NCBI GenBank assembly: GCA_036824145.1
Contig: DAITAT010000002.1
Coordinates: 929 to 64,928 of the forward strand
Source: Candidatus Dormiibacterota bacterium
GTDB lineage: Bacteria > Chloroflexota > Dormibacteria > DASZGP01
Direction: 5' to 3'
Length of the DNA: 64,000 nt
Both the position numbers and the translations under genes were made by a program. Positions 51,482 through 60,078 of this stretch are shown here, in pieces. The notes beneath the pieces are model-generated. The model saw nothing but the letters and a program-made list of their open reading frames with translations, did not search any database and was not told the origin of the DNA. How positions within the stretch are numbered: position 1 is the stretch's first letter; every line of letters starts with the position of its first letter.

Positions 51482-52161
51482 CCGAATCCAGGTTGGTCAG
51501 CGTTGCCGGGCGTCGAGCTGGGGATCAGGCTGAGGATCCCTTCGAATACTTCCTGTGGGCTCCGACCATCTGTGTCAATCGTATGCGCGTCCTCAGCGGG
51601 CCGCAATGGCGCGAGGGTGCGATTGCTGTCGGCGGCGTCGCGGTCGGCAATCTCGCCCTTCAAGAGGGCGTGGTTGTCGTCTTGCATCTGGCCGGCGCGG
51701 CGCCGTTTGCGCTCCTCTTCGGAGGCGGTGATGAACAGCTTGAGATCGGCGTCGGGGAAGACCACGGTGCCGATGTCGCGCCCGACCATGACCACACCGC
51801 GGTCGCGGAAGCGGCGCTGCTGGGCGACCAGCTCGGTGCGCACGGCGGGAACCTGGCTGACGCGCACCAGCGCGGGCGCGATGGCGGCGTCGAACACATC
51901 GGCAGTAAGGTCTCGTCCGTCGACCCTGACCTGCCACGGCGGCCTCTCCTCGGGGCTGGTGTTGACCTCCACGGCGGTCCGGCGGGCCAGGTCGCCGAGC
52001 GCCTCATTGTCGTACGGGTCGATGCCCGCCTGGTTCGCCAGGACGGTGACGGCGCGGTACATAAGGCCACTGTCGACGAGGGGCAACCCGAGGTGTCGGG
52101 CCAGCATCCGCGCCACGGTTGACTTGCCCGACGCCGAGGGGCCGTCGATGGCGACGATCAC
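51478..52161 (-). CDS. cmk: Cytidylate kinase
   Basis: Start at GTG 52161..52159, overlapping the upstream TGA (GTGA), with GAGAGGTGGGG upstream. The product begins VIVAIDGPSASGKSTVARMLA. Track ORF 51478..52323 is an alternate-frame extension. Confidence 0.9.
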   Translation of the reverse strand: MIVAIDGPSASGKSTVARMLARHLGLPLVDSGLMYRAVTVLANQAGIDPYDNEALGDLARRTAVEVNTSPEERPPWQVRVDGRDLTADVFDAAIAPALVRVSQVPAVRTELVAQQRRFRDRGVVMVGRDIGTVVFPDADLKLFITASEEERKRRRAGQMQDDNHALLKGEIADRDAADSNRTLAPLRPAEDAHTIDTDGRSPQEVFEGILSLIPSSTPGNADQPGFG

Positions 52162-52949
52162 AGCCCCACCTCTCGGCGGAGCGCCTCGACCTCGCTCGCC
52201 CGCAGCTCGCGGACGCCGGCCTCCGGCAGGTCGCCCAGCCGCAGGGAGCCGATGCGGATGCGGCGCAGGTCCAACACGCGGTGGCCGACGGATTGGAAGG
52301 AGCGACGGAGCTGGCGCTTCCAACCCTGGCGCAGGACTACTCGAAGCCGGGTGGTGCCGGTGTCGGGGCCGCTGCCAACCAGCTTGACCTCCGCCGGCGC
52401 GGTCCGGCCCTCCTCGAGGACGACTCCCTGGCGCAGCTTTTCCAGCGATTCCGCCGACGGGCGCCCGCGCACGATCAGCTCGTACTCCTTGTCGACGTGG
52501 TGGCGCGGGTGCTGGAGGCGGAAGCTGAGCTCGCCGTCATCGGTCAGCAGGATCAGGCCACGGCTGTCGAGGTCGAGACGCCCGACGGGATGAAGGCGCT
52601 CCGCCGCCGGCCGGTTGCGCACCAGGGCCGTGACCAGGGGTCGATGGCTCCTGTCACTGACGGCGGTGAGGTACCCGGCGGGCTTGTTGACAGCCAGGTA
52701 GCGATGCTCCGCGAGAGCAGGCTTCACCTCGGCTCCATCGACGGCGACGATGTCCTGGCCCGGCATCACCAGCAGGCCGCCGGGAGGCGTCGGGCTGCCG
52801 TTCACTGTGACCCGGCCCGCTGCGATCAGCTCATCTGCCTTGCGTCGCGCCGCCACGCCGGCGATGGCGAGAAAGCGGTTCAGACGGATGGCGGTCGGGC
52901 CGGCGGGGCCTGTCGGGTCAGTCAGGGTCCGCCTCACCAGGCGCCGCAT
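52158..52949 (-). CDS. Pseudouridine synthase, RsuA/RluB family
   Basis: It has an S4 domain (IRLNRFLAIAGVAARRKADELIAAGRVTVNG) and the catalytic motif HPVGRLDLDSRGL. The start is uncertain: ATGs occur at 52949, 52964 and 53006. Confidence 0.85.
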   Translation of the reverse strand: MRRLVRRTLTDPTGPAGPTAIRLNRFLAIAGVAARRKADELIAAGRVTVNGSPTPPGGLLVMPGQDIVAVDGAEVKPALAEHRYLAVNKPAGYLTAVSDRSHRPLVTALVRNRPAAERLHPVGRLDLDSRGLILLTDDGELSFRLQHPRHHVDKEYELIVRGRPSAESLEKLRQGVVLEEGRTAPAEVKLVGSGPDTGTTRLRVVLRQGWKRQLRRSFQSVGHRVLDLRRIRIGSLRLGDLPEAGVRELRASEVEALRREVGL

Positions 52950-53526
52950 CGAAGCCGCCGCCATCGAGCGCGGTCCTGAGCGCTGCCAGGTTGGCGTCCT
53001 CAGCATCGGCCACGCCGGGCAGGTCTTCGACCCGGCTCACGCCCAGCAGCTGCAGGAATCGGATGGTGGTGCCGAAGAGCCGTGGCGTGCCGGGAGCCTC
53101 CAGTCGACCGCGCTCCTCGATCAGGCCGCGAGCCAAAAGCCCCTCGAGGACGCGTTCGCAGTCAACCCCTCGCACCTCCTCGATGCCGGCCTTGGTGAGC
53201 GGCTGTCGGTAGGCGATGATCGCCAGGGTCTCGTAGGCCGCAGGCGACAGCCGGCCCGGAACCTCGGGGTTGAGGAGGCGCCGTACGGCCGCCGAGGCCT
53301 CCGGTCGGGTCACCAGCTGGACCAGGTCGTCGTGCCGCTGGAGCATCAGCCCGCGGCCCTCGAGGGAGACGTCGAGGGCGTCAAGCACCGAGATCAAGGT
53401 CCGCAGGTCGACCTCGAGGGTGTCGGCGAGCTTGCGCCGCTCGATGGGGGCGCCGAGGCTGAAAAGCACCGCCTCGGCCTGGCGGCGCAGGTCATCCAGT
53501 CCTGGCAGGGCCTCCAGGTCAGGCAT
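52918..53526 (-). CDS. scpB: Segregation and condensation protein B
   Basis: Start at the internal ATG 53526 of track ORF 52918..53883, an 8-nt overlap with scpA. The segments EAVLFSLGAPI and TLAIIAYRQPLTKAGIEEVRGV are ScpB-like. Confidence 0.85.
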   Translation of the reverse strand: MPDLEALPGLDDLRRQAEAVLFSLGAPIERRKLADTLEVDLRTLISVLDALDVSLEGRGLMLQRHDDLVQLVTRPEASAAVRRLLNPEVPGRLSPAAYETLAIIAYRQPLTKAGIEEVRGVDCERVLEGLLARGLIEERGRLEAPGTPRLFGTTIRFLQLLGVSRVEDLPGVADAEDANLAALRTALDGGGFDAAPGEADPD

Positions 53527-54274
53527 CGCCGTCCTTGCGTAGGATCTCGATCTCCCCAAAGGTGGCCCTCTGGCGGAAACGCGCCTCGCCAAGACGGATG
53601 ATCTCCAGCAAGGCCAGGAAAATGACGACCGCGTGCAGCCGCGACGCGGCGGCGTCGAAGAGCACCGTGAAGCTGGTGGCGGGCTCGGTGCTGATGCGCG
53701 TGCGGATGCGATCCATCTCGTCTGCCAGCGAGTAGTTGGAAAGGTCGACCTGCACCTCCGACGGCGCCGGGAGGCGGTCGAGAATGGCCTGGAAGGCAGC
53801 CGCCAGCCCGTCCGGGTCGATCTCCAGGCGCTCGCTGGGTATGATCTCGCCCTCCACCGCGGATGGGAAGCTGAAGCCGCCATCCTGGTGCCGTTGCATC
53901 AGCTCCACGGCGGCGTCCTTGAAGCGCTGATACTCGAGCATCCGCTCGCGAACGGTCTCCTCCCACGCCTCCAGGTCCTCCTCCGCCTCATCACCGGGGG
54001 CATCGGGCAGGAGTGCGGCAGCCTTCAGGGCGAGCAGCCTTGAGGCCACCACCAGGAAGGCAGCCATCGCCTCTGGGGTGCGGGCGCGAGTCCCGTCGTC
54101 GGAGCTGAGGCTCTGGAGGTAGTCCCAAGCCAGGTCACCCAGGCGCACCTGGTTGAGGTCGACCTGCTGTCGCTGGGCCAGGGTCAGGAGCAGGTCGATC
54201 GGTCCGTCGAAAACCACGCTCTGCACCCGGACGTCGTCGAGCAGGCCGGCTTTGGCGGTCGGTGGCTCCGTCAT
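53519..54274 (-). CDS. scpA: Segregation and condensation protein A
   Basis: 251-aa ORF with FDGPIDLLLTLAQRQQVDL at the N-terminus. It is adjacent to scpB. Confidence 0.85.
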   Translation of the reverse strand: MTEPPTAKAGLLDDVRVQSVVFDGPIDLLLTLAQRQQVDLNQVRLGDLAWDYLQSLSSDDGTRARTPEAMAAFLVVASRLLALKAAALLPDAPGDEAEEDLEAWEETVRERMLEYQRFKDAAVELMQRHQDGGFSFPSAVEGEIIPSERLEIDPDGLAAAFQAILDRLPAPSEVQVDLSNYSLADEMDRIRTRISTEPATSFTVLFDAAASRLHAVVIFLALLEIIRLGEARFRQRATFGEIEILRKDGDA

Positions 54275-54756
54275 TCGCGCTCGTCGATGGCCTGAAGGAT
54301 GGCCGTCTCGGGGTGTGACGGACGCTTGGATTCGTGCTCGGCGACGATCTGGACCAGGGGGCCGTCGGCACCGGCATGACGGAGCAGCTCGGCGCCGATC
54401 CTGGGATGCTCGAGGTAGCGCTGGACCCTGGGGCCGAGGCCAGGGACTCGGGTCAGCAACCCTGTGGTCCCGGTCGCCCCCGCCAGCACCACCAGCGATC
54501 TCCCCGTCGTGCCCAGCGGCGCCTCGACCTTGCCGACGTCATGAAGCAGCGCGGCCTGCCGGAGCCGCGGCTCGGCGTCGCCGAGGCGCCGCAGGACGCG
54601 CAGAGCGTGTACCTGGTCCCGAGCCGCCATGCGCAGGAATAGCTCACCCAGCGCGGGGTCGAGGTGCGAGAGGGCCTCCTCCTGGTCGGCCTCGCTCATG
54701 GCGGCGCGATGGGCGGAACGCACCTGGGCGACCCGGTAGGCCCAGCGAGCCGTCAT
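54271..54756 (-). CDS. HD domain-containing protein
   Basis: Start at ATG 54756, overlapping the nadK TGA by 1 nt. It carries H...HD (QVHALRV...AALLHDVGK). Confidence 0.6.
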   Translation of the reverse strand: MTARWAYRVAQVRSAHRAAMSEADQEEALSHLDPALGELFLRMAARDQVHALRVLRRLGDAEPRLRQAALLHDVGKVEAPLGTTGRSLVVLAGATGTTGLLTRVPGLGPRVQRYLEHPRIGAELLRHAGADGPLVQIVAEHESKRPSHPETAILQAIDERE

Positions 54757-55622
54757 CACCTGCGGCCTTCGCGAACCAGCGGCTCGCCCCATCCCATCTT
54801 CTCCCGGAGTTGGCTGTAGAAATCCTCAGTGCCCGGCGCCCGCACCACCTGTAGTAGCGGCCCGTCGAGGCCGCAAGTAAGGATGGCGTTGGTGGAGACA
54901 GGGATGTTGACAGCGCCATCGAGAAGAAGACGCGTCTCCTCGTCGACGCGCAGCTCAATCGTCTTGCGAGCGGGCAGCACCAGGGCGCGCGTGGCCAGCG
55001 TGTGCGGGTTGAGCGGCACCAGCACGATCGCGTCCGCACGCGGGTCCAGGATCGGACCACCGGCCGAGGCAGCGTAGGCGGTCGACCCGGTCGGCGTGGC
55101 CACCACGCAACCATCGGCGTGGAACATCCCCGCTTCGACGCCATCGACGCTGACCTCGAGCTGGATCACGTTGGCGATGGGGTCCTTGAGGAGCGCTGCC
55201 TCGTTGATGGCGAGATACTCGCCGTTGCCGTAGCGCACCAACATTGTCGCCCGTTGCTCGAGTTCAAATCGACCCTCGGCCCAGGCGGTGCAGGCAGCCT
55301 CAGCGGTCTCCAGCGTGACCCAGGCCAGGAATCCCAGCCGGCCCAGGTTGACGCCCATCACCGGCACCTGGTGGACGAGGGCGGTCCGGGCGGCGTGGAT
55401 GAAGGTACCGTCACCACCAAAGGTCACCACCAGCTTCTTGCCCTCAACCAGGGCGGGCTCCAGAGGGCGGTCGCCTTCGACCCGTCCGGGCTTGTCGTTG
55501 GGCACCTGCCGGTGGAAGAGCTCGACCGCATGGCCGTGCTCGGCCAGCCGGCCGCTGGCGCGGACCACCGCCGGGTCGTCAGCGCTGACGCGCGCATGGA
55601 GGACGAAGAGGACGTCAGGCAC
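54756..55622 (-). CDS. nadK: NAD+ kinase
   Basis: Start at GTG 55622, an 8-nt overlap with tlyA. GGDGT (VTFGGDGTFIHA) and NLGRLGFL motifs are present. Track ORF 54756..56171 is an alternate-frame extension through tlyA. Confidence 0.85.
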   Translation of the reverse strand: MPDVLFVLHARVSADDPAVVRASGRLAEHGHAVELFHRQVPNDKPGRVEGDRPLEPALVEGKKLVVTFGGDGTFIHAARTALVHQVPVMGVNLGRLGFLAWVTLETAEAACTAWAEGRFELEQRATMLVRYGNGEYLAINEAALLKDPIANVIQLEVSVDGVEAGMFHADGCVVATPTGSTAYAASAGGPILDPRADAIVLVPLNPHTLATRALVLPARKTIELRVDEETRLLLDGAVNIPVSTNAILTCGLDGPLLQVVRAPGTEDFYSQLREKMGWGEPLVREGRR

Positions 55623-56364
55623 GGGCTCGCATGTGCACGAAATACTCCTGGTTGCCCTTGGCGCCGACCACGTGGGAGGCCACCGTACCGAGCAGCTTGA
55701 GGCCTTCGTCGGCGGCCCACGTGATGAAGCTCGAGAGCGCTTCATCACGGTCGTCCTGGCTGCGCACCACGCCGCCCTTGCCGACTCGGCCGCGACCGAG
55801 CTCAAACTGCGGCTTGAGGAGGACCAGGATCTCGCCACCCGGTGCCAGCAGGCGCCGGATCGCCGGCACCACCAGGCGCAGGGAGATAAAGCTGAGATCG
55901 CCCACAGCCAGGTCCGGCGCCGGCCCTTCCAGCGCAGCCAGGTGGCGGATGTTGGTGCGTTCGAGGACAACCACGCGCTCATCCTGACGCAGCCGCCAGG
56001 CAAGTTGCCCGTATCCGACGTCGATCGCGTAGACCAGTCTTGCGCCGCGCTGCAGGAGGGCGTCCGTGAACCCGCCGGTTGAGGCGCCGGCGTCGAGGCA
56101 GACACGACCGCCAGGATCGACACCCAGGTCGTCCAGCGCTCCGGTGAGCTTCTCCCCTCCCCGGCCGACAAAGCGCGAGCGCGCCGCCAGCTCTACGTCC
56201 GCGCCCTCAGCAACTCGCTGGTCGGCTTGCTCGGCGACCACGCCGTTGAGGCGGACCTGGCCAGCGCGAATCAGCGCTTGCGCTTTCTGGCGCGACTCGA
56301 CCAGGCCGCGATCGACCAGGGCCTGGTCGAGGCGGTGCGCGGACGCCGCGGTTGTCTTGCTCAC
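55615..56364 (-). CDS. tlyA: TlyA family rRNA (cytidine-2'-O)-methyltransferase
   Basis: 249-aa ORF with an S4 domain (RLDQALVDRGLVESRQKAQALIRAGQVRLNG) and an FtsJ-type SAM site (LDAGASTGGFTD). Confidence 0.85.
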   Translation of the reverse strand: MSKTTAASAHRLDQALVDRGLVESRQKAQALIRAGQVRLNGVVAEQADQRVAEGADVELAARSRFVGRGGEKLTGALDDLGVDPGGRVCLDAGASTGGFTDALLQRGARLVYAIDVGYGQLAWRLRQDERVVVLERTNIRHLAALEGPAPDLAVGDLSFISLRLVVPAIRRLLAPGGEILVLLKPQFELGRGRVGKGGVVRSQDDRDEALSSFITWAADEGLKLLGTVASHVVGAKGNQEYFVHMRARA

Positions 56365-56789
56365 GAGCCCAGCATCACCACCGCCACCAGGAACCCCAGC
56401 AGTCCACCGGCGATGACCTCGACCGGGGTGTGGCCGAGGAGTTCGCGAAGGCGTTCTTCCTTGAGCCCCTCGGCGTGGAAGAGATCGTCGACGATGCGGT
56501 TGAGGACGCGCGCCTGGCGGCCGGCGGCACGACGTACCCCGGTGGCGTCGTACATCACCACGGCGCTGAAGATAGCCGAGATCGCGAATTCAGGGCTGTT
56601 GATCCCGCGCTTGGAGCCGATCACGGTCGTCAGCGAGAGCACCAGTGCGGTGTGGGAGCTGGGCATCCCTCCCGCCGTCGCCAACCTGCGGAAGTCGAGG
56701 TGGCGCTGGCGAACCGAGTCCTCGACCACCTTGATCACCTGGGCGATCAACCAGGCGACGACCGGGATGGTGATGTAGGGGTTGTTCAG
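56361..56789 (-). CDS. Divergent PAP2 family membrane protein (DUF212/YuiD-like)
   Basis: Motifs GGMPSSHTA, MYDATGVRR and LLGHTPVEV are present. The conserved N-terminal helix NNPYITIPVVAWLIAQVIK begins upstream of the first canonical start (TTG 56750). The start is therefore placed at CTG 56789..56787, overlapping the xseB TGA. Confidence 0.75.
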   Translation of the reverse strand: MNNPYITIPVVAWLIAQVIKVVEDSVRQRHLDFRRLATAGGMPSSHTALVLSLTTVIGSKRGINSPEFAISAIFSAVVMYDATGVRRAAGRQARVLNRIVDDLFHAEGLKEERLRELLGHTPVEVIAGGLLGFLVAVVMLGS

Positions 56790-57046
56790 CTCTCGTCCTC
56801 ATCCAGGCTCGGCAGAGGCTCCTCCGCGGGCTTGCCGTCAGATCCGAGGACCAGCCGTTCCACCTTCTGCTCGGTCGCTTGCAGCAGCTTGGAGCAGTGC
56901 GCTGCCAGCGCCGCGCCACGCTCGTAGGAGGCAATCGAGTCAGCCAGGTCGACGCTGCCGCTCTCGAGCTTGCGGATCAGCGCTTCCAGCTCCTTGAGCG
57001 CGTCCTCATAGCTCAACGCCTGGATTTCGGTCGGGGTCTCAGCCAT
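56786..57046 (-). CDS. xseB: Exodeoxyribonuclease VII small subunit
   Basis: Start at ATG 57046, an 8-nt overlap with xseA. The product begins MAETPTEIQALSYEDALKELEALIRKLESGSVDLADSIASYERG. Confidence 0.85.
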   Translation of the reverse strand: MAETPTEIQALSYEDALKELEALIRKLESGSVDLADSIASYERGAALAAHCSKLLQATEQKVERLVLGSDGKPAEEPLPSLDEDES

Positions 57047-58256
57047 GGCTTCCCTCCTGCGCCGCACGCACCTCGATCACCTCGCCGAGCACCGAGCCGT
57101 CGGCAAAGACGGTGGTCAGCCGCCGCCCCGGCGCCAGCCCGGCGATCGACATCACAACGGCGCCGGACTCGTCGCGCGCCAGGCTATAGCCGCGGCCCAG
57201 TACCGCCATCGGGCTGAGTGCCTCCAGGCGGCCGCGTTCGGCCTCCAGCGCCCGACGAGCGCGCTCGATACCGGCCCGCAACGCCGCGCCGAGCCGCTCC
57301 TGGCGCTCGTCGAGCCGCTGGCGCAGCTCCGGCACCCGCAGCGCCGGGCTCTGACGGCCGAGCCGGTCGCTCGCCGCCCGCAGCTGCTCGCGCTTGGTGT
57401 CCAGCTCGCGACTGACGGAGACGTTGAGCCGCTGCCGTCGGTCCACTACCTGGCGGCGCAGGTCGGCCAGGTCCGGCACCGCCAGCTCCGCCGCCATCGA
57501 GGGGGTCGATGCCCGCATGTCAGCCGCGAAGTCGGCGATCGTGTAGTCGGTCTCGTGGCCCACGCCGACCACCACCGGCACCGGGCAGGCCCGGATACCC
57601 CGAGCCAGGGTCTCGTCGTTGAAGGAAGCCAGGTCTTCGATCGAGCCGCCGCCACGGACTAGCAGCACGACATCGACACCCGGCCGGGTCGCCACTCTAC
57701 GCAGCGCCCGCACCAGCGCCGCCGCCGCCACCTCGCCCTGGACCGGCGCGTGGGACAGTAACACCGGCACCACGGGGCAGCGACGCCTCAGCACCTTGAT
57801 CACGTCGCGCAGGGCGGCGCCCGACTCAGAGGTGACGATGCCGACCCGCCGCGGGAATGCCGGCAGCGGGCGTTTGATGTTCTCCGCGAAGAGGCCCTCC
57901 GCCTCGAGCTTCTTGCGCAACTGCTCGAACGCCAGGAACAGGTCGCCAACCCCTGATGGCTGGGCACTGTCCAGGATCAGCTGAAGCTGGCTGCGGTCCT
58001 TGTACAGCTGGATCTTGCCGTGGACCAGGAGCATCATCCCGGGCAGGATCTGGAAGCGAATGCTGTTGTAGGTGAGGCGGAAAGCGACCGCCTGGAGGCT
58101 GGCGCGGTCGTCTTTGAGAGTCAGGTAACAATGTCCCTGGCGCGAGACCTTGCAATCCGCGACCTCGCCCTCGACCCAGACATCCTGCAAACCTGGTTGG
58201 TCGGAGATGACCTCGTCCAGGAACTCGGCCAGGTCACCAACCCGCAAGACATTCAC
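57039..58256 (-). CDS. xseA: Exodeoxyribonuclease VII large subunit
   Basis: 405-aa ORF whose GTG overlaps the nusB TGA. It has an N-terminal OB fold (VWVEGEVADCKVSRQGHCYLTLKD) and the catalytic region GIVTSESGAALRD...RGGGSIEDL. Confidence 0.9.
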   Translation of the reverse strand: MNVLRVGDLAEFLDEVISDQPGLQDVWVEGEVADCKVSRQGHCYLTLKDDRASLQAVAFRLTYNSIRFQILPGMMLLVHGKIQLYKDRSQLQLILDSAQPSGVGDLFLAFEQLRKKLEAEGLFAENIKRPLPAFPRRVGIVTSESGAALRDVIKVLRRRCPVVPVLLSHAPVQGEVAAAALVRALRRVATRPGVDVVLLVRGGGSIEDLASFNDETLARGIRACPVPVVVGVGHETDYTIADFAADMRASTPSMAAELAVPDLADLRRQVVDRRQRLNVSVSRELDTKREQLRAASDRLGRQSPALRVPELRQRLDERQERLGAALRAGIERARRALEAERGRLEALSPMAVLGRGYSLARDESGAVVMSIAGLAPGRRLTTVFADGSVLGEVIEVRAAQEGSHG

Positions 58257-58678
58257 GGCGTGCCACCGGCCGCGCGCGGCACCTGCGTCACGATGCGCCC
58301 CAGCACCCCGTTGACGAAGCGTCCGGCCTCGTCACCACCAAAAGTCTTGGCCAGCTCGATCGACTCGTTGATGGCGGCCTTCACCGGCACGTCGGGGCAG
58401 AACAGCAGTTCGTAGGTGGCGAGGCGCAGGACGGCCCGCTCCACGCCCGCCATCTGCTCCAGCCGCCAGTGGGTCGAGGAGTCCCCGATCACCTTGTCAA
58501 TCTCGCTCTGGTGGGCGAGGGTGCCCCGCACCAGGTCGACCGCGAAGTCCCACTGCGCCTTGTCGACGCCGCCCTCGTCGAGGTGGTATCTCACCGCTGC
58601 CTCGGGATCGTCGGCCCGATGCTCGAGCTCGAAGATCGCCTGCATGGCCACCTCTCGAGCCAGGTGACGTCTACCCAC
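58253..58678 (-). CDS. nusB: Transcription antitermination factor NusB
   Basis: 141-aa ORF with GTG start. It carries AREVAMQAIFELE and INESIELAKTFGGDEAGRFVNGVLG. Confidence 0.9.
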   Translation of the reverse strand: MGRRHLAREVAMQAIFELEHRADDPEAAVRYHLDEGGVDKAQWDFAVDLVRGTLAHQSEIDKVIGDSSTHWRLEQMAGVERAVLRLATYELLFCPDVPVKAAINESIELAKTFGGDEAGRFVNGVLGRIVTQVPRAAGGTP

Positions 58679-58698
58679 GGTTGCCGACCGAACGGAAA

Positions 58699-59070
58699 TC
58701 AGGCTTCGGCTTCGTTGAAGCGCACGTCGGCGAAGAACACGTCGACGTTGCTGGTCTTGAGCCCCAGCATCCGATCCACCGCCGCGATCACCCGCTTCTG
58801 AACCTCGGCGGCGAGTTCGGGAAGGTTACGCCCGCTGTAGGCCACCAGCAGGACCTGGAGCTTGAGGGTGTCTTCATCGGTCAGCTCCACGCGCACGCCC
58901 TTGTGCAGACCGCCGCGGCGGATGACGCGAGTGATCTGGTTGCTGCGGTCGGCCACGCCCGCCACGCCGGGGATCTGCAGCGCCGTCATCGCGGCGATCT
59001 GGGCGATCACCTCATTGGCCACCTTGACCCGACCGTTGGTCGGCTGGAACGCTGGCGCGATCTCGGTCAT
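58699..59070 (-). CDS. Asp23/Gls24 family envelope stress response protein
   Basis: 123-aa ORF with VKVANEVIAQIAAMTALQIPGVAGV and an Asp23-like C-terminal V.V.V pattern. Confidence 0.8.
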   Translation of the reverse strand: MTEIAPAFQPTNGRVKVANEVIAQIAAMTALQIPGVAGVADRSNQITRVIRRGGLHKGVRVELTDEDTLKLQVLLVAYSGRNLPELAAEVQKRVIAAVDRMLGLKTSNVDVFFADVRFNEAEA

Positions 59071-59071
59071 A

Positions 59072-59629
59072 TCAGGCCCTCTCCATGTATTCGCCGGTTC
59101 GGGTGTCGACCTTGATCCTATCGCCCTGGTTGACGAACAGGGGCACCGCCACCGTCAACCCGGTCTCCAGCGTCGCCGGCTTCGAGGTCCCGGTCGCGGT
59201 GTCGCCCTTGAAGCCGGGGTCGGTTGCGGTCACCTCGAGGTTGACGGAGGTGGGTAGCTCGGCCCCGATCGGCTGGTCCTCGTATGACAGAACGGTGATC
59301 TCGGAGCCTTCTTTGAGGTATTTGAGGGCGTCACCAATGGCTGAGGCCGGCAGCGCCACCTGGTCGTAGGTGTTGGTGTCCATGAAGTGGTACTGGTCGC
59401 CGTCGCTGTAGAGGTACTGCATGTTTCGCTTCTCGATGCGCACCTTGGCGAAGCGCTGCTCGGGACGAAAAGTCTCGTCGATGATGGCCCCGGTCTTGAG
59501 GTTGCGCAGGCGAGCGCGCACCTGGGCGGTGCCCCGCCCCATCTTCATGTGCGAGTAGCCGACGCAAACATACAGCTGTCCGTCGCGCTCGAAGACCGAG
59601 CCGTTGCGCAGGTCGCCGGCGTCGATCAC
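59072..59629 (-). CDS. efp: Elongation factor P (loop tip Arg32)
   Basis: Start at GTG 59629, overlapping the aroQ TGA (GTGA), with GAGGTG upstream. The product begins VIDAGDLRNGSVFERDGQLYVCVGYSHMKMGRGTAQVRARLRNLKTGAI and continues with PGFKGDTATGTSKPATLETG. Track ORF 59072..60151 is an alternate-frame extension. Confidence 0.95.
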   Translation of the reverse strand: MIDAGDLRNGSVFERDGQLYVCVGYSHMKMGRGTAQVRARLRNLKTGAIIDETFRPEQRFAKVRIEKRNMQYLYSDGDQYHFMDTNTYDQVALPASAIGDALKYLKEGSEITVLSYEDQPIGAELPTSVNLEVTATDPGFKGDTATGTSKPATLETGLTVAVPLFVNQGDRIKVDTRTGEYMERA

Positions 59630-60078
59630 GAGGACACCTCGGTCGCCGCCCGCGCGGCCAGGAACTCGAGCGCCTCGATGTACCCCTGAATGCCCTTGCC
59701 TTTGATCATCGCCACACACGCCTCGCTGGTGACCGACTTGCGGCGCCATTCCTCGCGCTGGTCGATGTCGGAGATGTGGACCTCGACCGCCGGCAGGTCC
59801 ACCGATTCCAAGGCATCGAGGAGCGCATAACTGTAATGGGTCAGGGCCCCAGGGTTGAGGATCAGCGCGTCGGCATTCTGGTCGGCGGCCGCCTGGATGC
59901 GATCGATGAGGTCGCCCTCGTGGTTGGACTGGTAGGTCTCGACGGCCCAGCCCAGCTCGGCGCCGCGCGCGACCAGCATCTGTTCGACCTGGCTCAGGGT
60001 GGTGGTGCCGTAGATCGCGGGCTCGCGGACTCCGAGACGGTTGAGGTTGGGGCCATTGAGGACCACGACGAGGCGCAT
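59626..60078 (-). CDS. aroQ: Type II 3-dehydroquinate dehydratase
   Basis: Start at ATG 60078, overlapping the aroB TGA by 1 nt. The product begins MRLVVVLNGPNLNRLGVREPAIYG and carries YQSNHEGDLID and LNPGALTHYS. Confidence 0.9.
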   Translation of the reverse strand: MRLVVVLNGPNLNRLGVREPAIYGTTTLSQVEQMLVARGAELGWAVETYQSNHEGDLIDRIQAAADQNADALILNPGALTHYSYALLDALESVDLPAVEVHISDIDQREEWRRKSVTSEACVAMIKGKGIQGYIEALEFLAARAATEVSS

